Below, piece by piece: positions 51,801 to 64,000 of a DNA stretch of 64,000 bases; the first letter of the stretch is position 1; each line of letters starts with the position of its first letter. The position numbers and the translations under genes are program-made. Origin of the DNA: Balanoglossus misakiensis (Eukaryota; Animalia; Hemichordata); the NCBI GenBank assembly GCA_040954595.2, contig CM082580.2, positions 2,222,783-2,286,782 of the forward strand. Direction: 5' to 3'. The notes under the pieces were generated by a model. It did not search any database and was not told where the DNA came from. It saw only the letters and a program-made list of their open reading frames with translations.

Positions 51801-54800
51801 GTGTGACATTAACGTGTTACTTGTATTTGAAAAAAAAACCTCAAGGTTAATTTTTACACAAAGTCTGGAATGGTTCTTTCATATTAAGAATGTACGTTCG
51901 TCAAGATTGAAAGTATTGTCATTCCTTTTAATTATTGATGTTTGGATCATTCTATGTATGTATGTCTTTTCTTTGAAATACAGAGCCATGAATTTAGTCA
52001 ATAATAGAAGAAAACTGCTGACTCATCGAAGTTTATTTCAAAATAGAGCGCGGTGACGGCTCGCACGATTTTATTTGACCAATGAATATATATTTACTGG
52101 ACTGAGCTATGTGTAAAATCGTGAAAACTACAATAGTAGAAGTTTGTTTTCTTGCAATTATCAATGTAATCCTATGGGAAACAGACGAGTGCGCGCAGTT
52201 TTCCGGTTTATATTCTGCGCGTACATCCTGAACAGACGTTTTCGTATGTGCAGTCTCATCTATCTCTGTTTTGCCTCACATCTATGCATGACTGTCAAAC
52301 CTGCATTTCTATACCAAGTTTAACAGGTTCGGTGTAAGCGAAGACAACAAGGCTGTCATTGTAGCGAAGTATCTTGATGCCAAAATAACGCCAGATTTTG
52401 ATGTAATTGTCCACGCATATCAAGTGAGTATCAGAGTCTCTATAACCAGTTTTCATTATTTTCCACGATCTTTTTGACATTACCGTCGAGAAACACTCAG
52501 ATACATGTCAGAAAACCCGAACGCCCACTCATTTATATTGAGCTTTGCTCAGTAAAATTTTGCATAAAATAATAAAATATATTTTCGAGCACAGAGTCAT
52601 ATGTCAGCCATACAAAAACCAGAAAGCTTTTATTTCATAATAATTGCAAAATTTGTAAATCAGCGAAACACGAACTATACGAGCGGATGTGACGCCGGTA
52701 TTTTGGAAAAGATAATAATAGCATTAAGGCTATGACACTCTATATAAAAAATCTTATATCAAATTTCTTAATATGTAGTGGAAATCGTGCTCTTTTGTCT
52801 CATAGAATGCAGACATACGGGCATTCGGAATGCATATCCACGTAATCGATATAGATGACTGGCCACCATATTACAACAAGACCTGTGCAACACAGGTTAG
52901 GAAAGAGGTGAGAAATTATTTAATGTTGACTCACCTATAGAGAAATTTAAAATACATTATAGACGCCGTGTTATGTTGCACTATAGCATGCGATATTTCT
53001 ATCATGCGATAACTTCAACATTTAAGCATAAGGCATTTCATCACAACAGTCATGTATGATATCCAGAAATTGACTTACGACCTAATTGGTCAAATGTGTA
53101 AAAGATCATAATGTAATGAAATGAGGCCAAACATTTCAAAACTGTGTTTCCGGTAACATGCCCGACAGAAATAGTACAGGCAGCTAGGAAACATTTTAGT
53201 TTTCAATTATGCTTATGACCCGGTGCTCATATGGGACTGTTTTATGTAATTGTTATTTTGCTTGAAATTCAACGTTTCACTAAATCTTGGAGGAATTTTT
53301 CTGTGAGGGATAAGAAAATGGGGTCGGGGTAGGTCAAGGTAACAAGAACCTGGCCTGAACTTAATGTTATTCACTCAACAGATCATAGTCAACAATAGCT
53401 AGTCACTTAATTGGATTATTCAGAGAAATAGTAGCATATGTGTGCCTGAATGTCAAATTAAAATCTTCAGTTTCAGTCAGTAACTTTCTTATATTTGACT
53501 AAACTCTGTATACATGTTTTTTCAAGGCAGGGAGTACATTAGATTTCCTTCTCATTGTTGGTATATTTATTATCGCAAAGGTACTTGCAAATAAAGGTAT
53601 TTTTACTGGTAATATGGGATAAAATATGTAATTGCAATGTAATTGCACATAAAATTAGGATATCAGATTAAATTTTTGAAGATTGGTGTGTCTTGTATTG
53701 CAAAGTCTGTGACTGATATTTTTAATAGGTCTATAAACAGTGGTGTTTTTCCTGATTGTTTTAAATGTGCCAAGGTTATCCCAATACACAAGGGAGGGAA
53801 AAAGAATGATGTTAATAATTATAGGCCTTTAAACCACGATCGTGACGTCACACTATTCAATAGACAAGTCATTCACTGAGAGAACCTCCGTTTCACACAA
53901 AACCACAGGTTGAAAACCAAGTCCCGGGTAGTTCTAGAACTACCTCCGGGGGTTCTAGAACTACTACAGGACTCAGTCTCACCTGTCGTAACAAAAATAC
54001 AAATACACAATGCTTTATTTGCATAATTACATTTACTTCTATACCTGTATTCAAAGTACATTTCATTTGAATAGAGTAATTGTTATGTTAATTGAAAGCG
54101 AACTGGATATGCGACATTCTCCGGATCATTTCATTCAATGCTTCACATTCACAGTTTTGTCTACTGACGTACAAAGCTAATGTCTTGGTGGCTCTCGAGA
54201 GTCTTCATAACATGATAAAGTATAAAATAGACAAAAATCAATTCACCAGAAACAAACTAACGTTGCAATAAATTCACTACAAATTTCTAGAAAATTATAC
54301 TAAATCACATTATCCCCAGATTTGCTTGTATTACTCTAACCAGATGCTTCACTTCGATTTTGCTTCACTACCGACATGTAACAAGGTTGGCTGTTTTAGG
54401 CCTACTGTTTAACAAAACCCGCGTACCTTGCAAAATTCTGCTTACTTTTTGTTGCTGTTCACCAGATGTGCGTTTGTAATGTCGGACGGCTTCACTTCGG
54501 TATCAAGTCTTTTCGCAGATGAGTTACTCACCAATATATCGCTACCATACAGACGCGTTGCCGCTGTGGCTCGTAGAGAGTGGTTCGTTCAAAAGCCAGG
54601 GAGGCCAATACACAGACGGGCAGTAGTACCATGTAGAGCATTGTGACCCGGTTTTTGCTTTACCAACATGTAGCCGCTTGTTTTCGCAGATGATATAGAT
54701 CGGAACTAGATGTATCTTCAGATCGATTTCATGGACATTTGAAGGAAAATAAACTAAAAACGTGACACTTACATGTAGGCCTACTGCATTTGGCCTAGAA

Positions 54801-57800
54801 AATTTTCGCGTAAGCTTACCATGTGCACGCAAAACCCCAATAGCTGTATAACCCTTCCCATAATACACTACGTAACACATCTGTAAAGTTTAATTTGATG
54901 CAAATTGAAGTTTGAAATTAGCATATCACTCCGACACGTAAGCATGAACATTTAGAGTAACACCTGTCAAGCGTGGGCGATCTTGTAAGGCCCAGCAGGG
55001 CGGTATAGAACTACCTGCCCACGACATGATTCATTTATAGGAAGAGGGGTGGCCAGCCAAATTTCACAGTCAGCAATGAAGAATAAGCCTCTTTTGATAA
55101 GCTTTTGTTCGTTCATTTTATTGAATCGTTGAGTAAAACGACGTCTTTGTGGCACACAAAGCGCCAATGGTGACAATGTCTGTGGGGGATCGTCTCCCCC
55201 TCAGTGGTTCTTGGTTTCCAATCGCCTCGGGCCTGCGGCCCTCGGCGATTCGAAACCAAGAACCACCTCGGGGTCGGTGGTTCTCTATTACATCTCCCTT
55301 TTACCAGTTCTCTCCAAAATCCTGGAAAAGCATGTATTTATAATTCTTTTTAACTTTCTGCATTCATACAATCTTATTGCCGATTCACAATCAGGTTTTA
55401 GACAACACCACTCTTGTCATACTGCTTTACTCAAGTTTACAGATCAGCTATTACTGAATATGGATGAGAGTTTATACACCGGTGTTATGTATTTAGATTT
55501 ATGTAAAGCTTTTGATCTTGTTGATCATGAAATTTTGCTTTCCAAACTGTCTGTATACAGGCTTTCCGAAATGTCGCTCAAGTGGTTTCGATCATACCTT
55601 TCAGAACGTAGTCAATTTGTTTCTTACATGGGAGCACACTCTGACGTTATGCCAATGACAAGCGGTGTACCTCAAGGCTCTATTTTAGGACCACTCTTAT
55701 TTTTAATGATCATCAATGATCTTCCACTCTGCCTCATGTCGGGAAGTTTGAATATGTTTGCCGACGACCAGACCATGTGTGTTTCTGGCATTGATATCGA
55801 ACACATTGAAAGTGGTGTGAATGGTGATCTCCTTCCTGTCTCACACTGGGTTCACAACAATAACATGGCTATAAATACTACAAAAACAAAGTGTAAACTA
55901 GTCACAATTTGGTAATATTACATATTTCTTCACATTACGCTACCCGTATTTTAGACAGTAAAATTATAATTGCAACCTGCAAATGTCTAAAGAAAAGTAA
56001 ATTGCATAGAAACGAATAACAAATTAATCTTTTATTGTCAATTTCTTCAGCAAAGTACTTGGCCTTGGTTAGGAAACATCTTATTTGACGGTAAATCTTT
56101 TTCTGAGGGTTTGCACAAGACGTCCACATATATGGATAGTGGAGTGTTAATTGATGCCAACAATTCAATATGTAAGTTGGTTAATATTGTCGTATTTACA
56201 GTGCCTATATTGCCGATGCGCTATGGTTCCAACAGGGAATATGTTCGGGTTAGTGCACAAAGTTTTGGTCAATATCGAGTGGTATTCGAGTGATGAGGTC
56301 ATATTTGACGAAACCCTATAGAATTAAAATTAACGACTAATTGGAACTGTTCATCAAGTATGAATGTGTACTCAAGTGCATACATGCATATTGATTTGAA
56401 ACGGTATATTGTCTAGAAACATGTCTTATTACACGTTAAAATAATATTTCAGGCAAAGGTTCATTAAACACGCACACATTTGAGCAGATTATTGGCCTGT
56501 GTACCGAATGCGTCCATACATACATACATACATACATACATACATACATACATACATACATACATACATACATACATACATACATACATACATACATACA
56601 TACATACATACATACATACATACATACATACATACATACATACACACATACACATACACATACGTACATACGTACATACATACATACATACATACATACA
56701 TACATACATACATACATACATACATACATACACTAATGAGATATATGCGTGTACATGGACAGGCATGCAGGCATATGCATGCCGTCATGATATTAAGTCA
56801 CGTGTTTCAACAAAATGAGGTAAATTATACTTTAACATTCATGGTATTGCAAGTAAAATGTATTCACGTTAGTTCGCTGAAGATTACATAAACACACATA
56901 CATGGTTTATCTCGAGTTTTGCTCATCTTTCTATCAGGTAAAGCGGATGTATACTTTCCCGTATGTACAATGACCGTAATATTGGGAAATATACAGTATA
57001 AATTATACGACTTGGCACTCATAGTACAACCTATTGATTGGCCAGACTATCGGGAAGTACTTACTTGGCATGGGCGTGGTGGAAATTCGACCCACTTTGA
57101 TTTATGGCTTTTCAAGGTAAATGAACTGAACGACTGCAAGTTGGGTGTTTCATATGTGCGCGCGCTTGGTTTCCTTTACTTGATTGATCCAAAACGGATC
57201 AGAAGTCCACTAAATATTCATGAATACAAATATGTGTATGCTCTCAAAAGCGTGTCTCGGAAATTTTCAAACTTTCTTATTATCGCAATTACGGAAACTT
57301 AAAGAGTGTAACGCATGAAAAACCCTATCTTTGAAAATGTAATTGGCGATGGTGAAACCGTAAAATTTGTGAAATGCTGTAATATATACAGATGGTGTGT
57401 ACGTAATAAAATGCAGAGTCAAGTTTTCAGTTGTTGGTCCGATACTTTGCACTTAGTCGCATACATTTATTGGAGATATATCGAAATATAGTTTTTTCAT
57501 TAGATTTGTACTCATTAGGCACAAAACATTGTTTTCACGACACTATAGATTTAATGGTGATATAAAACGTTGACCCTGTTCCCTGATATTTTTTATAGAA
57601 GAACGAGGGAGAAGCAATACACAACAGTTTTATAAAGGAAATAATAAGACACTTCCCGGGAAGCTACGTTGCGAGGCTTACAGTTGAAATGTTTAGCGCA
57701 AAGTTGACCAATACATTCAGTGTACGTCTAGCGGTTAATATGGCGCCCTATAATCAGTTTTTGGATTTTGGAGTGGTTGAACTCATATACGTAGGTACGT

Positions 57801-59173
57801 TTGCCCCTTTCCCACCAGCATGTTATGTACACGTATATTTGCATTAACATCTGTCGCGTATGGTGTCATTAAAATACCTACAGGATATCCGTGTTTGAAT
57901 GGTCAGCATATTAACGATTTGTCAAATATGATCACTCTTTTCAAAAGGATGTATCAAACAGCGTGATAATTCTGCTTTATACAAATTGTTTTTCTACATA
58001 GGTTGTCCAGCCGGTAAATACGGAGGTGTCTGCCAATATGACTGCCAATGTGAAAATGGTGCAACCTGCCATGCGTGGAACGGTGCTTGTCATTGTGCTG
58101 ATGGGTGGCGTGGACCAACCTGTGATATACGTAGGTTTATATGATCCAAACATATGAAAGAAATACATGTACATACACAATACAAGTACGTACATATGGG
58201 TATTTGTAAATTCAATTGGTCGTGTTAAAATTTGTACCTCAACCACGCTTACGTTTCTAGATATGAGAAATTCATTTAACGAATTCTATTTTGGACAGTT
58301 ACGAATTATTATGATTTTAGGAAAGCAAGCATTTGTAACGCATTTACATTTATGTAATATTAACATCGATGTAGCAAAAATGTATAAACTCTTGTGAGTT
58401 TTCTAATAAAATCTTCAGAAATAGGGTGGGCAATACAGTTTTGGGGTCAGATGTTCAAACTGCTTATATAGATAAGGTCGGTTCACCAGAACCATGCACA
58501 TTTTATTGGCCTATAATGTTCCACCACCAACCCTTACACATTTTAACACTAACACAATTAATTCCACTAGCTATGGAGCCATCAGCAACACTGAGTTTGC
58601 CAAGCCACAAAGTGAAGTACTTTCAGTCTATTCGATTATCATGTCGCTTTGTAAACATTGATCGTAAATTCGTAATCTTTGAGAAAGATGGGGAAAATGT
58701 GGCGGATGAGTTTATGTCGGTGTTCATCGGTTATCCAATAGATGGGTAAGTTTCTCAGTCATGGACTTAAGCTACAAATGTTTAATTTCTTAGTGTGTGA
58801 CATACATGGAAAAAAATCTGCATCAAAATGTTAATCTATAGACATTCAATTGGATGACTTTGAATTAAGGTGGTAATTTAGGCGAGTGTTTTGTTTCACT
58901 TTCTTGCAAACTGAATCCGTACGAAATCTTAGGTCGAATTCACAAACTACACCTTCTCATTATTCTGTGCGTATATTTGTGTACAATTTACTTGTTTAAT
59001 TCATTGTAGGATATCTAACTTCATAATTACCAACATGACCGAAACATACGAGGGAACCTACAGATGCAAAGTATTCAGCAAAGATGTCAAATCATTCGTA
59101 ATTTCAAATCCAGTTGATCTATCAATTACAGGTATTAAATATTAACTTTAAATGGTGGTGGTGGCGGCGGCGG

Positions 59174-59220
<47 letters not shown>

Positions 59221-62200
59221 GTTTCTCAGGCATGAACACAAATTTGATCTAATTAATTTACGCAGAACCACCACAGTTCAGGGCAAGTCCAGAAGGGAAA
59301 ATCCAAAGATATAACCAGTACTCGTTAACTTGAATTTCCAGGATGTAAAGACGACAGATGGGGTAAACATTGTGAACAACAATGTGGTTGTATCAGATAT
59401 ACAAATTGCAGTCGTTACTATGGATGCATATGTGAAGACGGTTGGACAGGGCCCCAATGCGACCAAGGTTTGTATATTTTACATGTGAAAAAGGCGGGTT
59501 TTATTTGAGTACATTTAAATGTTTTCATTCATTTTTCTTTCCCCGTAAACTTTATCTAACCTAATTACTTTCAACAGATATCGAGGAACCCTTCATCCAA
59601 TGTCCACCAAATGTAACAAGTTCCGTTAGCGATTCATCTAGTAAAGTAAACATCAGTTGGCCTACAGCAAGAAGCACTGACAACGATGGCCAACCGATGA
59701 TTACCTCCAACTTTCAACCTGGGCATTTGTTTGCGGTTGGTACAACAGTCGTCATATATCGAGCAACCGACGCAAGTAAAAATACTGCTTCTTGCAGTTT
59801 TACAGTCACAGTAAACCGTGAGTACTATAAGAATGAACACGTGTAGTAATCTGTCTTTATTATCCATTCCTCAACCCCGTATCACGTCTGTCTGTTTTAT
59901 TTTATGCAGCTCCAGTGTACCAAACGAAATTTAAGATCATGACGATTTCAGGTGGCATTTTGCTTGTAGTCATTTCGTTTGTGGTAATTCCATTGGCAAT
60001 GATTCATTGGGCAAATCTTCGAAAACGGAAAGCATTATATCAGCGTTTTGTGGAAAAAGACCTGCCAGTTACCATACCAGTAAGTCACAGTTAATTGTGC
60101 CGTCCTATTTCTGACATCTTTCTTAGTTGATATAATGCGTGCCGTCTGTATCCAGCTATGAAAGTGACAGGGTGACCTCTTCAATTGTCTTTTCTTGTGA
60201 CCTACATGTATGAAAAGAAAAATCACGAGAACTTTGGTATTAATTGTGAATAGTTCATATAATCATTTCCTGTGATTATAACTGAGAACCTATTGTTAAA
60301 AAGAGCTAACGATTTGATAATTACTTGGTCTTTTGGCGTGGCAAATTCTTAACACAGGGGCGGATATGTTTGCATTTTTCACAGGATGGAGTAAAGGTCT
60401 TCAAGAAGTCGCAACTCGAAATTGATGATGTGATTGGAGAAGGAGAATTTTCTGTAGTCTATTTTGGCACCATACAGTTTGATGGTGAAAAACGTAAAGC
60501 TGCAGTAAAAGTACTGAAAGGTATAAGTCCATATAAAATGAAACAAAATCCTTCCTCTTTGTGAAATAACTGATGTTTCAAGACAATAAAGGGGGGTCGT
60601 CTAACTGCGTCTAAACCTTAGCATTATTTCCAATGTTCAGGGAGATCCTGCAAATCAATACACGTTATATAAAAATACATTGGAAATGTGAAAAAAGTAA
60701 GACGCATTGTTTGCAATGATGAATATTATAGCAGTTTCAGTATGCATGTATATTGTGAAAATTCCTGTAGATAGCTTTCCCGATAACACCTTATAGTATT
60801 TAAAGTTTACCTTGTTTTTTTTTGTCAGACGAAATAGAATACAACACTGCTTATCAACACGAAGTCTGTACTCTGAGTACATTAAATGGATCTCCTCACA
60901 TTTTACAACTGTATGGCGTAGTCATGGATACAGGTGGGAAAACTCTTTATCAATTGAGACAGTATTGAAGATTCACAATACAGTCTACCGCACCACAACC
61001 TAATTATCAAATGGTTGGCTTTTTATCCTATCTGGAGCTCTGACAATACATGTAGGCCTATATTCACGCTGATATATGACGCCATTTATTAATACTGGGT
61101 AAACTTGCAAATACCAAAGGCAGCGTATTGGTACAGCAGAATACTCTGCACCTTGAGTGAAAATAATTTCTGTGTTGTAGAGAGAGTGCACAAGGGGTCA
61201 TGCAGTTATGTTATTATTGCACATGTACCTTCAGATTTAGCGAAAATTGAAGTTTTGATCGTGGCGTCTTGATTTGCAGTTGTGTACAGTGACGCGGCAG
61301 TGTGAGGCAACCATGTGCTATGCAAAGTAAGGTCATAGTATGTCAGTTCATCAGGGGTTGGGCACAAGACACAGCGCGAGCGAGTTCGCATCAGCAGTAT
61401 TCGAAAACACTAAAGAGAGTGATTTTCATACATTTGATGTTCCCAAATATACCTACGACTAAAAATGTATCCGAATGATAATTTGATTTGTAAAGATAAT
61501 AATATGACGAGCCAACCGTTATGCTCAGTTCTAGCGTTCATGGCTTCCAATGTTCACAAGCAGAAAGTAGTTCTCTGCTGGTCATATTTGCATATTTGGA
61601 CGAACTTACTGTAATGACCCGGTGACTAGTTTGCAACGCACAAGCTGGCAAAAGAAAATTGTTGGTTCATGTGATCCTGTAAATGCAATTGTTATTTGGT
61701 CGAGAGTGTTGGCAAAGGGCATTTCAAGAAGTGGAGTGGAGTTTTAACACGCGTTCAACTGGAACTATTTTATTCATTCACTTATCATATGCTCATGCTG
61801 ATATCACCTCCTCCTAGTGACGTTTAACGTGAATATCACGATGTTAAGTGTAAAATATCACCGGTGTTATTTCACGCGAAACGTCATCAGTTGTGTTGAT
61901 TCCTGGTTAGCGAAAATGGGCCTTGAATGTAAACCAACGAAGCCCGAGTTATCCCTTTACACTTTCATTTAAGATAAAAATAGGGTATTGGTGGCTACGG
62001 AAATGTGCGATAAATAAAACATACATGTATGTAGTGTGACTGAATGCGAATACGATTCTTTCTCAATGTGGTTGTGAGCTGCATCACACTCGTCTTCGAC
62101 TCGTATGATTCGGCTCACAACTACACTCGCGGCAATACGTCCCAACCAAGAGGTGATATCGGAGGATAACCTTACAATATCACCTGTAGAAAATACCTGT

Positions 62201-63754
62201 CCATTATTTTGCCGTACGCAGTAGTATTATGCCGATATAGCATATTTAGCACTTTTTAATTCCACCGATGAAATAGTCGGGTCAGCATGGCGGTAACGAC
62301 GTATAACCTTTCATACATCATAATACAATGGTTCTCACAAAACCGACTTTTCTCTACACAGTTAAAAGGAGCATTGTCACAGAACTGATGGCTAACGACA
62401 TGCATTCTCTCCTGAAGAGTCTTCTGCAAAGGAGCGACTATTCCAATGCTACCGGAAAGCGTCTCCTAAAATTTTGTCTGCACGTCGCGAGAGCCCTTCA
62501 GTATATGGCAAAAATGAAGGTACAATTTATCATGAACACCAGGCTTGTTTTTAATTGTTGGAAAATTTAACTATGCAGTAAATTGTTCTTGCATTAATAA
62601 CCACAAATACATGTACATTTGTACATGAAGTGTCTGGATAGGCATACAATGATATAATTGTAAAACATTTCTTAATAGGTAGTACATCGTGACATTGCTG
62701 CACGTAACGTTTTGATATCTCTTGAGGACACAGCCAAAATTGGTGACTTTGGGTTGGCCAGAGACGTATACCAGAATTTAGTTTATCATAGACATCCATC
62801 AAAGGTCAGCTATTCAATTATCTAATTGACGTTATCTTCGATATATGTAATAAATACATAGTTCTTCTATATGACTATCAACAGCTCTCCCACTATGCAA
62901 TAACATCATATATTCTAATCTTTCATTTATTCGCTCGCTGTACAGTATGGTTGCAAATTGCCCCTGCGTTGGATGGCACCGGAATCATTGACAGACAGCG
63001 TGTATTCCTCCCGAAGTGACATGTAAGTTGATATTTTTCAACTGCTATAACATGTAGTCCAATAGTTACAGTGTTGCATATGTTTAAATCGATTTCTTTC
63101 GTGAAAGTTCATTGCTATTAATTCAGTATATTGCTTGATTTTTACTATAGGTGGTCGTACGGAGTATTCCTTTGGGAAACTGCAACCTTAGGTAATGTAA
63201 CTTTCAAATCAAACGTTTGCCACGAACTTCCATTGGATTAGTTCATATTTACTTTAAATTACACGAAATAAACAACACAGGGCCATCATTAAAGACGCCT
63301 TACCTCACCAGGTAAAGCCAATGCTCCATACTTGTCATTACATTTACCCCTTGTCGGTCTGTTACTTGGACTGCCGCATCGACTTGGAACAATTCTGGTG
63401 ACAAGTTTTTCACAATTAAGGACTCATGGATTTTAACTGTTAAGAACATGGCCATACCCAAGGCACCAGTCTAAATCAAAGGCAGTCATTAATATCATCA
63501 TAACCTATAACTTCTCTATGCTGTACTGTTTAGGAGGTATGCCTTACGATGACATTGGTGTCGGCGAATTGGCTGACAGATTACAAAATGGCTACCGTCT
63601 GCAGATACCGCGGCGCTGCTATGAAGGTTTCTACTGTTTAATGAGACGATGTTGGAAGATTGAGCCAGCAGACCGAATCACGGCAGCCATGGCCGTTGAT
63701 TCCGTGATTATGTTCAGAGATGATGAAAAGGTCTCTAAATTTCTTATGTTGTAG
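48808..63754 (+). CDS. Receptor tyrosine kinase: signal peptide, WxxW (mucin/CILP-type), cadherin-like repeat, unassigned region, EGF, Ig, EGF, HYR, TM, Tyr kinase
   Basis: Exons seen: 48808-48859 (SP), 49110-49367 ([18 protein letters not shown]), 51169-51254, 51465-51554, ~52319-52423, 52807-52896 ([25 protein letters not shown]), 56938-57116, 57599-57794, 58002-58130 (EGF), 58571-58745 and 59010-59131 (Ig), 59342-59467 (EGF), 59578-59817 (HYR), 59910-60079 (TM), 60385-60520 (GEGEFS, AVKVLK), 60829-60932, 62362-62519, 62679-62803 ([15 protein letters not shown]), 62946-63022 (LPLRWMAPE), 63151-63191, 63534-~63754. Exons between 52.9 and 56.9 kb and the exact 3' end are unresolved. Confidence 0.88.
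49437..51083. mobile_element. Degenerate non-autonomous TIR element in RTK intron 2
   Basis: Left end cagaatatacttt..gggg..ggaggattt versus right end aaatcctcc..cccc..gaagtaaattctg..ttaa, with G-rich subterminal repeats. Confidence 0.5.
53660..55915 (+). mobile_element. CR1/L2-type LINE reverse transcriptase fragment split by a ~1.45 kb insertion
   Basis: [27 protein letters not shown] | [43 protein letters not shown]. Confidence 0.9.
53838..55291. mobile_element. Unclassified insertion ending in a GC-rich hairpin
   Basis: Interrupts the conserved YRP|ISLL junction. Stem ggttcttggtttc-aatcgcc ... ggcgatt-gaaaccaagaacc at about 55207-55264. Confidence 0.75.
56515..56731. repeat. (TACA)n microsatellite
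   Basis: Visible tandem repeat. Confidence 0.95.
59175..59219. repeat. (GAT)n microsatellite
   Basis: Visible tandem repeat in an RTK intron. Confidence 0.9.
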
Positions 63755-64000
63755 TATGTTTAGGCGGGAACGTGGCATGATAAGAAAAAAAAGTTACGTC
63801 GAGACATCTCCCAATTTTAAATTTATTATAAATACATTGGAAAAACGAATAGATGGTGAACAACCCACACATTTTAGAACTAGTGTATTGTGAGATTAGG
63901 CGACACTAAATTGAGATTATTTCTTGTGCAGTGATCACCGAACGCATTTCATTCTAACGCCAGAATAGTTTTGTAAGGGCGCATGGTTTATATATTTGAG

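Noticed and set aside
54428-54646. Possible RTK exon
   Set aside because: It lies inside the insertion that splits the CR1 fragment, so it is unlikely to be a host exon.
56436-56891. ORFs with MYVC/HTYI repeats, and similar ones over other microsatellites (12419, 35420, 39535)
   Set aside because: They are translations of microsatellites, not genes.
59266-59341. Alternative upstream acceptor giving [11 protein letters not shown]
   Set aside because: It runs into a stop. The acceptor at 59341 gives an in-phase EGF exon.

Overview
This is intron-rich, AT-rich animal genomic DNA, probably from a marine invertebrate (inferred from gene and transposon content). Host genes read from the sequence: (1) an intact 15-exon GMC oxidoreductase on + (8658-14452); (2) a cluster of small secreted Cys-rich syncollin-like genes at about 20.5-31.8 kb, with 3 intact copies, 1 truncated copy, 2 pseudogenes and 2 tail remnants, expanded by an inverted plus a direct duplication and partly bracketed by Kolobok-type TIRs; (3) a 15-exon arylsulfatase B-like gene on - (33768-45978) with one apparent homopolymer frameshift; (4) a receptor tyrosine kinase on + (48808-63754) with an unusual WxxW-cadherin-EGF-Ig-EGF-HYR ectodomain. 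Mobile DNA includes a decayed ISL2EU transposon (transposase plus SWIM/YqaJ nuclease), an internally deleted Gypsy element split by a Helentron-like insertion, a full-length decayed L1/Tx1-type LINE with TSD, a split CR1/L2 fragment, several TIR elements and hairpin MITEs, a solo-LTR candidate and microsatellites. All family assignments come from motif recognition by eye; no searches were run.
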